Source of the DNA: an uncultured Clostridia bacterium
Lineage (GTDB): Bacteria; Bacillota; Clostridia; Christensenellales; Borkfalkiaceae
NCBI GenBank assembly: GCA_947628555.1
Contig: CANRAI010000001.1
Location: 1-62,639 of the forward strand
Reading direction: 5' to 3'
Length of the DNA stretch: 62,639 bases
Both the position numbers and the translations under genes were made by a program. The notes beneath the pieces were generated by a model, which was not told the origin of the DNA, searched no databases, and was given only the letters and a program-made list of their open reading frames with translations. The first letter of the stretch is position 1; every line of letters begins with the position of its first letter. This document shows positions 61,580-62,639 of this stretch, in pieces.

Positions 61580-61636
61580 TCTTCTCCCCTTTTAACGTTT
61601 TTAAGCGGCGAAGCTTTAACGCCCGTCCGAAAGATT

Positions 61637-61665
61637 ATTATACCATAGCATATGCAAAAAAGCAA
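61637..61665 (-). promoter_or_regulatory. putative extended -10 sigma-A promoter of helD
   Basis: Minus strand reads TTGCTT, a 17-nt spacer ending in TGG, then TATAAT. Confidence 0.5.
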
Positions 61666-61701
61666 CGTTTGAATTTAAATGCGGAGCAAATTTTTTACCC
61701 T

Positions 61702-61747
61702 TTCTATATTGCGCACGATACGTTATTCTATATTGCGCGATACGTTA
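61702..61747. repeat. tandem direct repeat (24 + 22 nt) upstream of the helD promoter
   Basis: TTCTATATTGCGCACGATACGTTA is followed immediately by TTCTATATTGCGCGATACGTTA. The two units are identical except for a 2-nt indel. Confidence 0.8.
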
Positions 61748-61762
61748 ATCCGCCCACGTTAA

Positions 61763-61790
61763 ACGGGCGGGCGCATTTGCGCCCGCCCGT
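61763..61790 (-). terminator. GC-rich hairpin downstream of the DUF296-like gene
   Basis: ACGGGCGGGCGCA / TGCGCCCGCCCGT, located 18 nt after the stop at 61808. The U-tract is weak. Confidence 0.5.
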
Positions 61791-61807
61791 AAAATTGCAA
61801 TTCTGCT

Positions 61808-62230
61808 TCAATTAAATTCCAGAAGATTGACGCCCGTAGCGCCGTCGAATTTCCTTTTTGCCGTCGTTTCCAAAATATCTATCGCTATTTCGCACGTTAC
61901 GGAAACGTTCGCGCGGGTCAAATGCCCGCCTACAGTATTTGCGCCCTCCCCCGCAGCCGTCATATGTATATGCGCGTAGGGCTTGCCGTCAATAGCCGAG
62001 ATATTGCCCGAAAGGGAAGTGATTTCATAATCGCCTTTAAAATTGCAGGGCGAATACCGCTTTTCAGAAGTTTTGAAAATTCCCACCGTGAAATCGTCGG
62101 AAGCGCCTATTCCGCTGACCGAGCCCGCTTTTACGCCCTCTTTTGCGGCGACTTCAAGGAGCTTTTCAATAACTTCTTCCCCCTTATCGAGACGGAGAAA
62201 AATTTTGTCTTTACAACGGAAATACTGCAT
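61808..62230 (-). CDS. PPC (DUF296) domain-containing DNA-binding protein
   Basis: 140 aa. The pattern IFLRLDKGEEVIEKL...GSVSGIGA...GKPYAHIHM is typical of DUF296/PCC domain proteins. Confidence 0.65.
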   Translation of the reverse strand: MQYFRCKDKIFLRLDKGEEVIEKLLEVAAKEGVKAGSVSGIGASDDFTVGIFKTSEKRYSPCNFKGDYEITSLSGNISAIDGKPYAHIHMTAAGEGANTVGGHLTRANVSVTCEIAIDILETTAKRKFDGATGVNLLEFN

Positions 62231-62234
62231 TATT

Positions 62235-62639
62235 TTACTCCCATTCGATGGTTGCGGGCGGCTTGGAAGTTATATCATACACTATCCTGTTTACGTGCTT
62301 TACCTCGTTTACTATACGGTTCGAGATAACTTCCAGCACGTCGTACGGGATACGCGCCCAATCCGCCGTCATAGCGTCAACCGAAGTTACGGCGCGTATC
62401 GCGACGACGTTTTCGTACGTGCGGAAATCGCCCTGCACGCCCACCGTTTTACTGTTTGTTATTACGGTAAAGTACTGCCAAATTTCGCCGTCGAGCCCCG
62501 CTTTCGCTATTTCGTCGCGCAGGATATAGTCGCTGTCGCGCAGGGTTTCAAGCTTTTCTTCGGTCACTTCGCCCATAATTCTTATGGCAAGCCCGGGGCC
62601 GGGGAAAGGCTGGCGCATGACCACCGACTTCGGAAGCCC
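62235..62639 (-). CDS. guaA: GMP synthase (glutamine-hydrolysing), C-terminal fragment; the gene continues beyond the window
   Basis: It ends with the canonical ...KPPATIEWE and contains the conserved segment [13 protein letters not shown]. The reading frame is open to the window edge. Confidence 0.9.
   Translation of the reverse strand, partial: GLPKSVVMRQPFPGPGLAIRIMGEVTEEKLETLRDSDYILRDEIAKAGLDGEIWQYFTVITNSKTVGVQGDFRTYENVVAIRAVTSVDAMTADWARIPYDVLEVISNRIVNEVKHVNRIVYDITSKPPATIEWE

Noticed and set aside
1-62639. CRISPR arrays, IS elements, transposases, toxin-antitoxin pairs and classical defence systems (RM, Abi, CBASS and similar).
   Set aside because: I saw no regularly spaced direct repeats and no DDE, serine or tyrosine recombinase motifs. 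The only helicase (59207-61579) has the HelD hallmark motifs and a housekeeping context, not a defence-island context.

Overview
This 62.6 kb chromosomal window comes from a bacterium in the Bacillota, probably a spore-forming, Clostridia-like organism. That assignment rests on CotF-like coat genes, sigma-A type promoters, GGAGG ribosome-binding sites and a tig-clpP-clpX-lon-engB block. About two thirds of the window is ordinary housekeeping. This includes an LMW-PTP and a LOG-family protein, ssrA (tmRNA), fruK plus a PPTase, an MTA/SAH nucleosidase and ung. It also includes engB-lon-clpX-clpP-tig, rqcH, tRNA-Ser, NusG-II/apbE/lgt, a MATE transporter and a tandem-OB SSB-like protein. The remaining housekeeping genes are a polysaccharide deacetylase, galE, coat-F genes, hslO, asd-dapA-dapB, helD and the 3' end of guaA. 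The unusual part is a roughly 25.7 kb run of twelve tightly spaced minus-strand genes (16320-41979). In transcription order it encodes a 1929-aa GLUG-motif lipoprotein, a 2497-aa S8 subtilase fused to Big_2 and BspA-type LRR domains, and a 482-aa lipoprotein. These are followed by an 881-aa family-5 solute-binding lipoprotein, OppB/C/D/F that each carry extensions or inserts, and two small or medium membrane proteins. The last gene encodes a NapH-like membrane polyferredoxin fused to two thioredoxin-fold domains. I read this run as a candidate capture, proteolysis and peptide-import locus with a built-in extracytoplasmic thiol-redox module. I do not recognise that combination as a described system. 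I found no CRISPR arrays, integrases, transposases or rRNA genes. All domain calls come from motif recognition by eye and have not been checked against any database.
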